Position numbers and translations under genes: made by a program
Assembly: GCA_038245905.1 (NCBI GenBank)
Contig: JBBRRY010000019.1
Location: 1-64,000 of the forward strand
Reading direction: 5' to 3'
From: Thermoanaerobaculia bacterium
Lineage (GTDB): Bacteria; Acidobacteriota; Thermoanaerobaculia; UBA5066
DNA: 64,000 nt
In this document: positions 48,001-57,127 of the stretch, piece by piece
Layout of the letters: every line of letters begins with the position of its first letter
Numbering within the stretch: the stretch's first letter is position 1
Notes under the pieces: generated by a model
The model's database searches: none
Told to the model about the DNA's origin: nothing
Seen by the model: the letters and a program-made list of their open reading frames with translations, nothing else

Positions 48001-51000
48001 GCGAAGCCGCCGCGGTCCTCCTCGCCGACGGGCCGTTCGATCACCGTCGCGTCGCTTCCGGCCTTGAGGATGCGCCGCTCGATCAGCTTCCCGGCGCGGG
48101 CGACGTCCAGGTAGAGCGTCTGACCCTTGAGACCCGAGGCGACGTAGAAGCGGGCGACGCCGCCGGCCTTCACCGACGAGGACTCGGCGAGGAGGACGAG
48201 CGGCAGCGCCGGCGACGCCTTCGCGCCCGCGGCGAGGAAGTCCTGCTCCGTCTCGTACTTCGCGCCGAAGTCGTCGACCGTCGTGTACCGCAGGCGGTAC
48301 GCGCCCGGCGAAAGGGCGGGCAGGTCGAGTCTCGCTTCCCCCTTCGCGCCATGTGTCAGGGCTCCGGTCGCCTCCTCGGCGCCGTCCTTCCACGCGTGCA
48401 GCCACTCCTCGACGGAGTAGCCCGTCGCCCAGCGCGGACGCAGCCGGTCGCCGGGGGTGGTCAGATCCAGAGTGGCTTGCTTCTCGCTGTCCGAAGCGCC
48501 GGATGAAGATTTCTTTGAAGGTAATTCGGCAGGGAGGAGAGTCTTCTCCGGCTGGACGAGCCGCAGCAACCGCCAGGTCCCCTTGCCGGCCCGAGGCGCA
48601 CCGTCCAGGTCGGAGCGCACGATGGTCGCCTCGCCCGTCTTACCCTCCAAGAAGAAATTCTTCTCTTTCTCAATCCTTGCCTTCACGCTCACGAACCCGA
48701 GGCGGAAGGAGCGGTCGGCCGAGCGCGTCTCGCCACCCTCGTCCGTCACGTCGACCGAGAGCCGGTACCGGTATGTGATCTCCCGGCCCGCGCGCTCGTC
48801 CGCCTTCGGCGTGAACGTCACCGCGAACGCGCCGTCCGCTCCGAGCGCCGTACGGCCCGTCGCGACTGTCTCATTCGCCGCGGGACGCGCGCCGCCCCAC
48901 CAGCCCCACCACCACCACGAGGGATACTCGGGCTCGCGCGTCACGCGCCAGGCGACGCCTCCGCCCGCGACGGGCAGGCCGAAGTAATAGCGCGCCTCGC
49001 CCCGGAACGTCGCGGGCCGGTTCAGGCGCAGCGCATCCTTCGACTCCGCGAGCGTCGCTTCGAACGTCGGGCGCTTGTACTCCTCGACCCGGATTGCGGC
49101 CGCGCCGCTCCAGCTGCTCTGCACGCGCCAGGCGCCAAGCGCGCGGCCGGCCGGAATCGCGAACTCTCCCGCCACCGAGCCCCATGCGTTCGTCGTGACG
49201 GTCTTCGACTCGACGGGCTGGCCGTTCGCGTCGATGAGAGAGATCGAGAGGGTCGACTCGGGCGCGACGCGCAGGCGGGCGAGGTCCGCGCGCCCGCGGT
49301 AGACGACGGCCTTCCAGAGGACCTTCTGGAGGGGCCGGTAGATGCTACGGTCCGTGAAGACGAGGGCGGACGTGGTGTCCGAGGGCGTGGCCCGGCTCCA
49401 GAGCGAGAGATAGCTCGCGTCCAGCGCCACGTCGTCGCCGCGCCGCGCGAAGAGGAACGTCTGCTTCCCGTTGCGGTCGGTCGCGGGCTCGATGGCCGCG
49501 AGGCCGTCCGGCCCGGCCGTCGACTCAACGATGCGGTGATGCCCGTTCTGCCAGTCGTACTGCCAGAGGGCCACCTTCGTTCCGGCCGCGGGGCGGCCCG
49601 TGGTTCCCGAGACGGCACGCGCCTCGACGCCGCCCATGTCCGTCTGGCGGATCGTGAGCACGAGATCCGTTTCGATCATCCCGGCGGCGTGAAGGGGTCC
49701 CTTCTCCGGCGAAAATCCCCTGTCGGCCGAGGCGACGACAACGTGAAGTCCGCGCCCGAGGGAGGGCGGCGTCACGAACGTGCGGTGGGACCGGTAGTCG
49801 GTCGTCGCGGGAAGCGCGGACTCGAACGAGGCGACGGGTGTCTCCTTCGCGACGAGCGCGTCGAGCTCGCGCCCCTGCGGCAGGAGGTTGTAGTCCTTCG
49901 CCCGGCCGAGACGGGCCTCGAGGTCCACCGCGTAGGCCCGGAAGTAGAGCGTCGGGAGGTTGCGGTGCGTGACCTCGATCGAGCGGCGGCCCGCGCCGTC
50001 CGCGGCCATCGCGGCCATCGACCAGTCCGGCGCCTCGATCTGCCCCACGATCGAGCGCCCGCGCGCGGCGCCGAGCGACTTCGGGTGGGCCTGGATCGCC
50101 TCGAGGGCGAGCGTCCGGGCGCGCACGAGGGCGCCCGGCTTGTCCTCGCCCCTCGTGAAGTCCGCGAGCTGGGCCTTGCCCATCGAGTACCACGAGACGT
50201 CAGCGTACGAAGGCAGCCTCCCCGCGAGGTCCCTGCGAATCGCGGCCTTGTCGCCCGAGTCGGTGAAGGCGGCGTCGAGATGGCGCAGCCTCTCGAGGCG
50301 CGCTTCCAGCGCGGCCTCCCGTTCGCCCCCCGCCGCGTGCCACGCCTCGAGGTCGTCGAGGACCGCGCCGAGCTTCAGGAGCGGGTGGACGGCCGGATCG
50401 CCGAGCTTCACGAGCTTCGACGCCGCGGCGTCGCCCGCGATGAGGGACTTCGCGTCCAGCGCGAAGACGCCGTTCGACTGCTCGGGCCGCCAGCCGGACG
50501 TGTCCGCGAGGAGCGCCGCGAAGAGGTACGACGCGGCGTCGCGCAGCGTCCCGCGGATCTCCTTCGGATAGTTGTTGGGCTCGACGAACTCGGCGACGGC
50601 GTCGACCTTGACGCGCCCGAGCGCTTCGCGGTCCTTCCAGACCTCGACGTACGCCCTCACCGCCTCGGCCTGGATCTCGTCCCGCGTCCACGCCTTGAGG
50701 TCCACGGCGTTCTTCGAGGCGACCTTCTCGCGCTGAAAGACCTCCCCCGAGTAGGCCTGCGCATACGTCACGAGCGACTGCGCATAGAAGAGACGCAGGG
50801 TGGTGCGTGGCAGCAGGCCCTTCGGCCAGGGCTGGTCCTTCAGGAACCGGACCGACGTCTCGTAGCCGTGGAGCGCGGTCCGGAGCTGGACTTCGCGGAC
50901 GAGCGCCTTCGCCTCGTTCGCCTCGTCGCCCGCGGCGCGCGCAGCGCCCCGGATCTTTCCGACCCTCGAGGCCGCCTCTTCGAGCTTCTGCTCGGAGACG

Positions 51001-51131
51001 AGCCGCTCGACTTCCTTCCAGGGGTCGCCTTCCGTCACGCGGGCTCCCGCGAAGGTGAGGGCCACGCGGGCGGTCCCGGCGGCGAGGAGAACAGCGATTG
51101 CGTAGAGGGCGATCCGGCGTGCATGTCTCAT
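45033..51131 (-). CDS. Bacterial alpha-2-macroglobulin with thioester motif
   Basis: FTDRSIYRP (MG2), VEEYKRPTF, LRSNFSETAFWQP, PDSVTSWR, PRFLREGD, YPYECTEQ, QSMYAPEF. Confidence 0.95.
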   Translation of the reverse strand: MRHARRIALYAIAVLLAAGTARVALTFAGARVTEGDPWKEVERLVSEQKLEEAASRVGKIRGAARAAGDEANEAKALVREVQLRTALHGYETSVRFLKDQPWPKGLLPRTTLRLFYAQSLVTYAQAYSGEVFQREKVASKNAVDLKAWTRDEIQAEAVRAYVEVWKDREALGRVKVDAVAEFVEPNNYPKEIRGTLRDAASYLFAALLADTSGWRPEQSNGVFALDAKSLIAGDAAASKLVKLGDPAVHPLLKLGAVLDDLEAWHAAGGEREAALEARLERLRHLDAAFTDSGDKAAIRRDLAGRLPSYADVSWYSMGKAQLADFTRGEDKPGALVRARTLALEAIQAHPKSLGAARGRSIVGQIEAPDWSMAAMAADGAGRRSIEVTHRNLPTLYFRAYAVDLEARLGRAKDYNLLPQGRELDALVAKETPVASFESALPATTDYRSHRTFVTPPSLGRGLHVVVASADRGFSPEKGPLHAAGMIETDLVLTIRQTDMGGVEARAVSGTTGRPAAGTKVALWQYDWQNGHHRIVESTAGPDGLAAIEPATDRNGKQTFLFARRGDDVALDASYLSLWSRATPSDTTSALVFTDRSIYRPLQKVLWKAVVYRGRADLARLRVAPESTLSISLIDANGQPVESKTVTTNAWGSVAGEFAIPAGRALGAWRVQSSWSGAAAIRVEEYKRPTFEATLAESKDALRLNRPATFRGEARYYFGLPVAGGGVAWRVTREPEYPSWWWWGWWGGARPAANETVATGRTALGADGAFAVTFTPKADERAGREITYRYRLSVDVTDEGGETRSADRSFRLGFVSVKARIEKEKNFFLEGKTGEATIVRSDLDGAPRAGKGTWRLLRLVQPEKTLLPAELPSKKSSSGASDSEKQATLDLTTPGDRLRPRWATGYSVEEWLHAWKDGAEEATGALTHGAKGEARLDLPALSPGAYRLRYTTVDDFGAKYETEQDFLAAGAKASPALPLVLLAESSSVKAGGVARFYVASGLKGQTLYLDVARAGKLIERRILKAGSDATVIERPVGEEDRGGFAVTVTVVRDHQFLQQTQSVLVPWDDRELKVSFATFRDRLRPGQTETWRVTVKGATPEHPLKETAELLAYMYDRSLDSFAPHRPPSPLQLLPNRATPVVSRATLGPAPQLWLTSSGFPSPPSSPYLRPDQLKFESGYGIGGPGVRNRGMGGAYNQAYPASAPMAMKSAMARQEVASVAAEGKLSDSKERRDEETDSLSKKKDGDAGKAGITGDDAGTALRSNFSETAFWQPQLLTNADGSASIEFTVPDSVTSWRVFVHAITKDLRGGSVGAETKTVKDLMVRPYVPRFLREGDKAEIKVVVNNASAKPLSGSLAFEIMDPSTGKSLLPVFGLAASAASRAFTAPAGGGTNLTFPVTAPKGLTTVAFKAVATSGDLSDGEVRPLPVLPGRMHLVQSRFVTLKNKDRKTLRFDDLAKNDDPTLVNEQMVVTVDAQLFYTVLQALPYLTNYPYECTEQTLNRFLSTGIVSSVYRDYPAVAKMAAEMSKRTTPLESWDETDPNRKMALEETPWLVTAKGGRTDIETINTLDPRVAKANQESALARLRKAQTSIGAWPWFPGGPPSPYMTLYILHGFAKGLEFGVDVPKDVTTRAWGYVAQHYRSDWRACMARDGCWEFVTFLNYVLSTYPDVSWSGGVFTDAERKEMLDYSFKHWRNHAPYLKGYLSLTLKRMGRPADAKLVWDSVMDSAKSNEEQGTFWAPEDRSWLWYNDTIETHAFALRTLLELDPANPKMDGLVQWLLLNKKLNQWKSTRATAEVIYSLVHYLKKEGALGAPEDATVIVGTQKVTFTFDPEKYTGKNNRVVIPGERVDSKTTSTIIVEKEGKGFVFASAAWHFSTEKLPTEDRGDFFNVSRTYFRRENKGTGFTLTPLAEGAVIKPGDEIEVQISLRTKHDAEYVHLRDPRAAGLEPQNVLSKWKWDLGIAWYEETRDSATNFFFERLPVGEYTFKYRLRANMAGTFRVGPATVQSMYAPEFNAYSAGTVLKVEGGSPP

Positions 51132-51178
51132 GGTGTCTCCGCCAGTCTAAGACCCCCGAGACGTGGAAAGGTTCCCGT

Positions 51179-53602
51179 TCAGCGCATCAACCGGAACGCG
51201 GCGACGGCCTCGAGCTTTCGGCCCTTTCGCTCCGCCAGCATACGGCGCGCGAGGCGGCGCACGAGAGAGGCCCAGTCTGGCGTGCGTCCGCCGGCGGCGT
51301 TCCGGAGAATCTCCAGCCAGTTCTCGGGCCGAATGCCACGGATCGAGGTTCCAGGGCGGAGGATCAGCTCCGCCCATTCGGGGCGCGGCGAGCCGTCGAA
51401 TCCCGTCGCCGCCACTTCAACCGCGGTGCCGCGGCGCAGGACGTACAGGAGGCCCGCCCCCGAAACGCCCGCTTTCTCGATCAGGAGGAGCCCGGTCCGG
51501 CCGCGCGCGCCATCCTCGAGCTCGCGGAACAGCCCCTCCACGAGCGCATGACCCGAGGCGAAGAAGTCGAGGTCCTCCTTGCGCACGGCCTCGCCGCGGT
51601 CGAACGTGCCGAGCCAGCGCGCGTCGCCGGCGACTCCCGGCAGGTGCTCGACGAGCGCGTCCGCGCCGAACTCCACATACCACGTGCTCTTCCCCGCCCG
51701 CTCGACGGTCTCGAAACCGTGAAGATCCGCGGCATCGAGGACGAATCTCTCCATGTGCTCGTCGAGATCGGCGGGCACGCGTGCGAGAATCTGGGCCGCC
51801 TTTTCGGCCGCGTATCCCTCTTGGTGCAGGTGGTGGTAGACAGCCTTCTGCCGCGCGTCGACCGCGGACCGCATCCCCTCCGCGAGAGCCTCTATCGGCA
51901 GGGGCTTTCCGACCTTCTTGAACCGCTCGGCCTTCAGGATCGCGGCTTCGACGTCCGCCAGCGAGCGCTCGAGCCCGCCGAGCGGCGCCGTGAAAAGGCC
52001 GATGCGCTCGTAGAGATCCACGACCTCGCGCTCGAAGCCTCCGGCCGGACGGAAATAGACGATCTCGACCGGCATCGACCGGTTGATCCGGTCGAGCCGG
52101 CCGATCCGCTGCTCCACCGCGGCCGGGTCGCGCGGCAGGTCGAACAGGACGAGGCGGCGGCAGAACTCGAAGTTGCGGCCCTCGCCGCCCGCCTCCGTCG
52201 AGATCAGGATCGACGGACCGTCCGGCCGCCGGAACTCGGCCACCTCGACGTCGCCGCGCTCGGGCGTGAGCTCCTCGTGAAAGATCGCGACGCGCTTGCG
52301 GGTCGCGGACTCCAGCCGCTCCTTCAGGGCCGACAGGGTCGCCCGCTCGTGGACGAAGACGAGCGTCTTGGCCGTGCCGCGAGAGCGCCAGATCTCGTCC
52401 TGCCGCGCGATCCAGATGACGCGCGGATCCACGGCGTCTTCCCTCTCGTCGCCTGTCAGGCCAGCGGCAGCCGGCGCGACCTCGAGATCCACCGGCAAAG
52501 GCACGCGCGGCTGGAGCCCGCCGATGTCCACGCGCCGCGTCGCGCTCGTGCACGGCGGCAGCGGCTCGCCCCGCTCGAGCGCTGCCTGAAACGCGTCCTC
52601 GGACGTATAGGCGTCGGGCCGGAGCAGCTCGAGGAGGCGGAAGAAGCCGTGGGCGTCCGCCTCGAGAGGCGTCGCGGAGAGAAGCAGCACGTGCCGCGCG
52701 ATGCGCGTCAGGGGCGCGATCGCGCGATAAGCGTCGCTCCCCGCGTCCCCCTTCGCGCGTTCCAGGCGGTGGGCCTCGTCCACGACGAGGAGCTCGAACC
52801 CCGCGGCCTCCGCCTGTTTCGAAAGCGTCGCATCCTCGACGAAGTCCTCGAGCGCCACGATCGCGTGGCGGTGGGCCTCGAAGGGGTTGAACCCTTCGCC
52901 ATGGTCCTTCACGACGTCTTCCCGCCTCCTGCGGTCGAGGAGCACGAACGTCTGGTGGAACTTCCGGTACAGCTCGCCGAGCCACTGAACAGTGAGCGTC
53001 GCGGGTGCGACGACGAGCGCCCGGTCGGCGCGGTCGGTCCTGAGGAGGCGCGAGAGGATGAGGCAGGCCTCGATCGTCTTGCCGAGGCCCACTTCGTCGG
53101 CGAGCAGCCAGCGCACCGGGTCCGCGGCGGTGGCTCTTTCGGCGACGTCGAGCTGGTGTGGAAAGAGCGTGATGCGCCCGCCGAGGAACGAGCCGAGGCC
53201 GGCCGCCTGCCGGATCTCCGAGAGCCGGAGCCCGTCCAGCCGGTTCCGGAACGCGGCCGCCCGGTCGGTCTGGAGCGCGGCGAGCCGCTCGACGGGATCG
53301 TCGGGGGGCGCGAGCGGCCACAGGAGGACCGGATCCACCGTACGCCCGTCGGCGAGACGCACGCCGGAGGGCCCGATCGCGTCCACGATGACCTCGCCCT
53401 CCTCTCCCTCGAGGCGCGCCTTCTGGCCGGCGCCGAGCGGCAGGGGCCGAAGGGCCTTGTCGTCGGCCGCGAGCGTCAGCCGGGTCTCGGTCGCCGGAAA
53501 AAAGACGACGACCCGCCGCCCCTCCACCTTCTCGACGCGCCCCGGCCCGAGGTCGGAGTTGAACTTGTGGAAAAGCTTGTCGTTTTCGCGAAAGGCGGGC
53601 AC
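51179..53602 (-). CDS. SNF2-family helicase, RapA/HepA-like
   Basis: LFPHQ, LLADEVGLGKTIEA, VDEAH, LLSATP, STEAGGEGRNF, EQRIGRLDRI. Confidence 0.9.
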   Translation of the reverse strand: MPAFRENDKLFHKFNSDLGPGRVEKVEGRRVVVFFPATETRLTLAADDKALRPLPLGAGQKARLEGEEGEVIVDAIGPSGVRLADGRTVDPVLLWPLAPPDDPVERLAALQTDRAAAFRNRLDGLRLSEIRQAAGLGSFLGGRITLFPHQLDVAERATAADPVRWLLADEVGLGKTIEACLILSRLLRTDRADRALVVAPATLTVQWLGELYRKFHQTFVLLDRRRREDVVKDHGEGFNPFEAHRHAIVALEDFVEDATLSKQAEAAGFELLVVDEAHRLERAKGDAGSDAYRAIAPLTRIARHVLLLSATPLEADAHGFFRLLELLRPDAYTSEDAFQAALERGEPLPPCTSATRRVDIGGLQPRVPLPVDLEVAPAAAGLTGDEREDAVDPRVIWIARQDEIWRSRGTAKTLVFVHERATLSALKERLESATRKRVAIFHEELTPERGDVEVAEFRRPDGPSILISTEAGGEGRNFEFCRRLVLFDLPRDPAAVEQRIGRLDRINRSMPVEIVYFRPAGGFEREVVDLYERIGLFTAPLGGLERSLADVEAAILKAERFKKVGKPLPIEALAEGMRSAVDARQKAVYHHLHQEGYAAEKAAQILARVPADLDEHMERFVLDAADLHGFETVERAGKSTWYVEFGADALVEHLPGVAGDARWLGTFDRGEAVRKEDLDFFASGHALVEGLFRELEDGARGRTGLLLIEKAGVSGAGLLYVLRRGTAVEVAATGFDGSPRPEWAELILRPGTSIRGIRPENWLEILRNAAGGRTPDWASLVRRLARRMLAERKGRKLEAVAAFRLMR

Positions 53603-53624
53603 GGGGGCGCGATCGTAACCCGGC

Positions 53625-54743
53625 TCAGCGCAGCGCCTGATCTAGGTCTGCGATCAAGTCGTCCGGGTGCTCGAGCCCGATCGAGAGCCGGATGAGGTCC
53701 TGCGGCGTCGTCGAGCTGGCGCCTTCGCTCGTTGCGCGATGCTCGATCAGGCTCTCGACCGCGCCGAGAGACGTCGCGCGCACGAAGAGCTTCGCTTTCC
53801 CGACCGCGGCGAGCGCCGCCTCGCGGCCCGCCTTCAAGTGGAAGGACATCATTCCGCCGAAACCGGACATCTGCCGGACCGCGACGGCGTGCCCCGGGTG
53901 CGACGGTAAGCCGGGATAGTTCACGCGCGACACGGCCGGGTGCTTGTCGAGGGCGCGCGCCACGGCAAGCGCATGCGCGCTGTGCGCGGCCACGCGCACC
54001 GCCAGAGAGCGCAGTCCCCGAAGCACGAGCCACGCGTTGAACGGAGCGAGAACAGCTCCGAGGATGTGGCGGACGTGCATCGCCTTTTCGAAGGTCTCGT
54101 CCCTGCGCTTGAAGATCAGAGCGCCTCCATGAACGTCACTGTGGCCGCCGAAATACTTCGTGACCGAGTGAATCGCCACGTCGGCGCCGAGATCCAGCGG
54201 GCGCTGCAGGGCGGGCGTCGCAAACGTGTTATCCACGGCCGTGCGCGCACCGGCAGCACGCGCGATCTCCACGATCGCCGCGATGTCCGAGACCCGAAGG
54301 AGCGGATTCGAGGGCGTTTCCACGAAGACGAGCTTCGTCGCGGGAGTGACCGCTCTCCGGACGGCGGCCAGGTCGTCCATGGCGCAGAAGCTCGCCGTGA
54401 GGCCCCACCGCGGTAGGAACTCCTCGGCGGCGACGCGCCAGCCGTAATAGGCGTCATCCGGCAGGAGTACGTGCGCCCCCGCGGGCAGCGTCTGGAGCAG
54501 CGACACGCCGGCCGCCATCCCGGACGCGAATACGAGCGCGCCGGCGCCACCTTCGAGCGGGAAAAGCGCGTCCTCGAGGAGCGACTGCATCGGGTTCGAC
54601 TCGCGGATGTAGGTATGGCCGCCCAGCGGCAGCATCTGGTCGTCGCGTTCGAACGTCGTCGAGAGGTAGATGGGGGGTGCTACCGAACCCGTGACGGTCT
54701 CCGGTCGCCTCCCCGCGTGCACCGCCAGCGTCTCGAATTTCAT
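53625..54743 (-). CDS. PLP-dependent cystathionine gamma-synthase/lyase family enzyme
   Basis: MKFETLAVHAG, PIYLSTTF, FASGMAA, ETPSNP, VDNTFATP, HSVTKYFGGHSD, SLGAVESL. Confidence 0.92.
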   Translation of the reverse strand: MKFETLAVHAGRRPETVTGSVAPPIYLSTTFERDDQMLPLGGHTYIRESNPMQSLLEDALFPLEGGAGALVFASGMAAGVSLLQTLPAGAHVLLPDDAYYGWRVAAEEFLPRWGLTASFCAMDDLAAVRRAVTPATKLVFVETPSNPLLRVSDIAAIVEIARAAGARTAVDNTFATPALQRPLDLGADVAIHSVTKYFGGHSDVHGGALIFKRRDETFEKAMHVRHILGAVLAPFNAWLVLRGLRSLAVRVAAHSAHALAVARALDKHPAVSRVNYPGLPSHPGHAVAVRQMSGFGGMMSFHLKAGREAALAAVGKAKLFVRATSLGAVESLIEHRATSEGASSTTPQDLIRLSIGLEHPDDLIADLDQALR

Positions 54744-54783
54744 CCCATCGTGCGGAGCGTCGGTCTGTGGCACGATTCCCTCC

Positions 54784-55515
54784 GTGAAGCTTCGGCCTCT
54801 TTTCTTCGCCGCCGCCACTCTGACCGCTTTCCCTCTCGGGGCGCAAGCCCCCGCGCCGTCCAAGCCGGACGTCGGAAAAGGCCTCAAGGTCGAGCGCGAG
54901 CGCCTCGCTTCGTACCAGTGGCGGCTCAAGACGGAGATGAAGGTGGACGGCGCCCTGCGCGTCTCGCGCACCGAAAACGTCCATCTCGGCCCGAACGGCG
55001 AGCTCGTGAAGAAGATCGTCAAGTTCGACAAGTCGATGGCGCCGACCCCCTTCCCCCAGAACGACCCGCGCGCCCGCCTCGCGGCGCCCACGTCGAACGC
55101 CGAAGAGGACACCCTCTTCGAACAGGCTCAATCGCTCATGCAGTTCTACGCGCGCCTGTCGCCGGAGCGCGTCGCGGCGTGGGCCGAAAGGGCCGAGCTG
55201 ATGCCGCCGGACCCCGACCGCGCGGGCAAGATCCGCCTCCACGGCCGTGGACTCGGGAGGGTGCAGGACGACGCCGTCCTCTACCTCGACCCTTTGACGA
55301 AGATCGCGAGCGAGATCGAGGTCAAGACCACGGTCGACCCTCGCATCGTCGACATCGCGTTCCTCCGGGCTACGTTCGAAGCGCTCCCGCAGGTGCGGCC
55401 AGACGTGCCGGCCGTATGGGTGCCAAAGAAGATCTTCCTGAACATGAACCGCGGCAAGCGCGCGGTCACGCTCGAGATGGAGACGTCGGATTGGCGATCC
55501 TGGACGGGCTCGTAG
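54784..55515 (+). CDS. Exported hypothetical protein
   Basis: GTG 54784 with signal peptide (KLRPLFFAAATLTAFPLGA); high-GC3 codon pattern. Confidence 0.7.
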   Translation: MKLRPLFFAAATLTAFPLGAQAPAPSKPDVGKGLKVERERLASYQWRLKTEMKVDGALRVSRTENVHLGPNGELVKKIVKFDKSMAPTPFPQNDPRARLAAPTSNAEEDTLFEQAQSLMQFYARLSPERVAAWAERAELMPPDPDRAGKIRLHGRGLGRVQDDAVLYLDPLTKIASEIEVKTTVDPRIVDIAFLRATFEALPQVRPDVPAVWVPKKIFLNMNRGKRAVTLEMETSDWRSWTGS

Positions 55516-55524
55516 CGTGAGCGA

Positions 55525-56745
55525 CTAGAGCGACGCCACGCCCTCCGGGTTGTTCCGGACCAGGACCGTCAGCCCCACGAGGACCAGCAGCGACCCGTTC
55601 CCCACGAGAACCCACGGCGCCGGCATGAGCGTGGCGAGAAAGCCCGCGGTGAGGTTGCCGAGCGGCATGGCGCCCCGGAAGGCGAGCGAATAGACGCTCA
55701 CGACCCGGCCCCGGAGCGCGTCGTCCACGTTTTGCTGGACGAGCGTCATGAACATCGCGAAGACGATGACGATCGCCGCGCCCGCGCCGAAGAGGAGCGC
55801 GTACGAGACCCACGGGACTCTCGAGAGGGCGAACCCCACGGCAAGCGCCCCGAAGGTCATCTGCATCGTGACGGCCAGTGCCCCGCGGCGCTTCACGTGG
55901 CCGAAGCCGGCCGTCCCGATCGCTCCGCACACGGCGCCGATCCCGAACGCCGCGAGAAGAGCGCTGTAGCCCTTCGCATCCTGCCCGAAGACGTCCTTTG
56001 CGAACACCGGGAGGAACGTGACGAGCGGGAACGCGCAGAAGCTTCCGACGAACGAAAGGCCGATGAGCCCGCGGAGCCCGCGCGCGTCGCGCACGGCGAC
56101 GAGGCCGGCCTTGAGATTCTCGAGGACGCTTCCGCTCGCGGCGCCGGTCGGAGCCCCACGTTTCAGGAGGAGGAGGGCGACGATCACGGCGAAGAACGAA
56201 AGGCCGTTCAGACCGAAGCACGCGGCCGCGCCCAGCTTGTAGAACGCGATCCCCGCCAGAACGGGCCCGATGACGCGCGCGAGATTGAACTGGATCGAGT
56301 TCAGCGCGACGGCGTTCGGAAGGTCCTCCTTGTCGACGAGAGTCGGCACGAGCGCCTGGTACGCGGGGCCGCCGAAGGACTGCGCGAAGCCCACGACGGC
56401 CGCCAGCACGAGGATCATCCAGACCTGGATGTGGTTCGTGAAGATGAGGCCCGCAAGAAGGAACGCCGACGAGAGCTGCACGACCTGCGAGAGGAGCAGG
56501 ATCCGCCGGCGGTCCCTGCGGTCGGCAAGGACGCCGCCGAAGAGGGAGAAGAGGAGAAACGGCGTCTCCTGGAGGAAGGCGGCGAAGCCCAGCCACGACG
56601 CCGAGCCCGTCATCGTCAGGACCAGCCAGTTCTGGGCGACCGTCTGCATCCAGGTGCCGACGCTCGACGTGAACGCGCCGGCCCACAGCAGGCGGAAATC
56701 GGGGTACGTGAACGCCTTGAAGACCCGCGTCAACCGCTCGCGCAC
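55525..56745 (-). CDS. MFS transporter (MFS_3/EntS-like)
   Basis: FRLLWAG..SSVGTWMQ, GGVLADRRDRRR, NAVALNSIQFNLARVIGP, LRGRVVS; about 12 TM. Confidence 0.9.
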   Translation of the reverse strand: MRERLTRVFKAFTYPDFRLLWAGAFTSSVGTWMQTVAQNWLVLTMTGSASWLGFAAFLQETPFLLFSLFGGVLADRRDRRRILLLSQVVQLSSAFLLAGLIFTNHIQVWMILVLAAVVGFAQSFGGPAYQALVPTLVDKEDLPNAVALNSIQFNLARVIGPVLAGIAFYKLGAAACFGLNGLSFFAVIVALLLLKRGAPTGAASGSVLENLKAGLVAVRDARGLRGLIGLSFVGSFCAFPLVTFLPVFAKDVFGQDAKGYSALLAAFGIGAVCGAIGTAGFGHVKRRGALAVTMQMTFGALAVGFALSRVPWVSYALLFGAGAAIVIVFAMFMTLVQQNVDDALRGRVVSVYSLAFRGAMPLGNLTAGFLATLMPAPWVLVGNGSLLVLVGLTVLVRNNPEGVASL

Positions 56746-56824
56746 GGCGGGCAGTCTCGCACGAACCGTCTGGCCGGAGGCCGGGTGCTACATTGGTCCC
56801 GGATCCGGGCCCTCGGAGGTCTCC

Positions 56825-57127
56825 ATGGACGACGAACGCACGAAACCTCTCCCCCTCGTCAAGCCGGGCGAATCATCCGGCGCCTCGCACGAAGAGCGCG
56901 TGAGAGCCGCCTTCGACGACCTCGGCGCGAAGCTGGGCGACCGTGCCACGCCCGAGGCGCGCGTCTCCGTCGAGAACCTCCGCGCGGCGACGCTCGAGAA
57001 GGACGCCGCCCGCCTGCGCGCGCAGCTCGACGACGTGAAAGAGAAGCACGGCTGGCTCTGGGAAGAGCTGACAGCCCACCCGCGCGTCACGGCCCTCGTG
57101 AACGAACTCGCCTTGATGGGCCTCTGA
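56825..57127 (+). CDS. Small helical protein, DUF4404-like
   Basis: GGAGG then ATG 56825; C-terminus AHPRVTALVNELALMGL resembles DUF4404 ends. Confidence 0.6.
   Translation: MDDERTKPLPLVKPGESSGASHEERVRAAFDDLGAKLGDRATPEARVSVENLRAATLEKDAARLRAQLDDVKEKHGWLWEELTAHPRVTALVNELALMGL

Noticed and set aside
51179-53602. SNF2 helicase as part of an anti-phage system (DISARM/Zorya-type)
   Set aside because: Motifs follow RapA, composition is host-like, and there are no methylase or nuclease neighbours.
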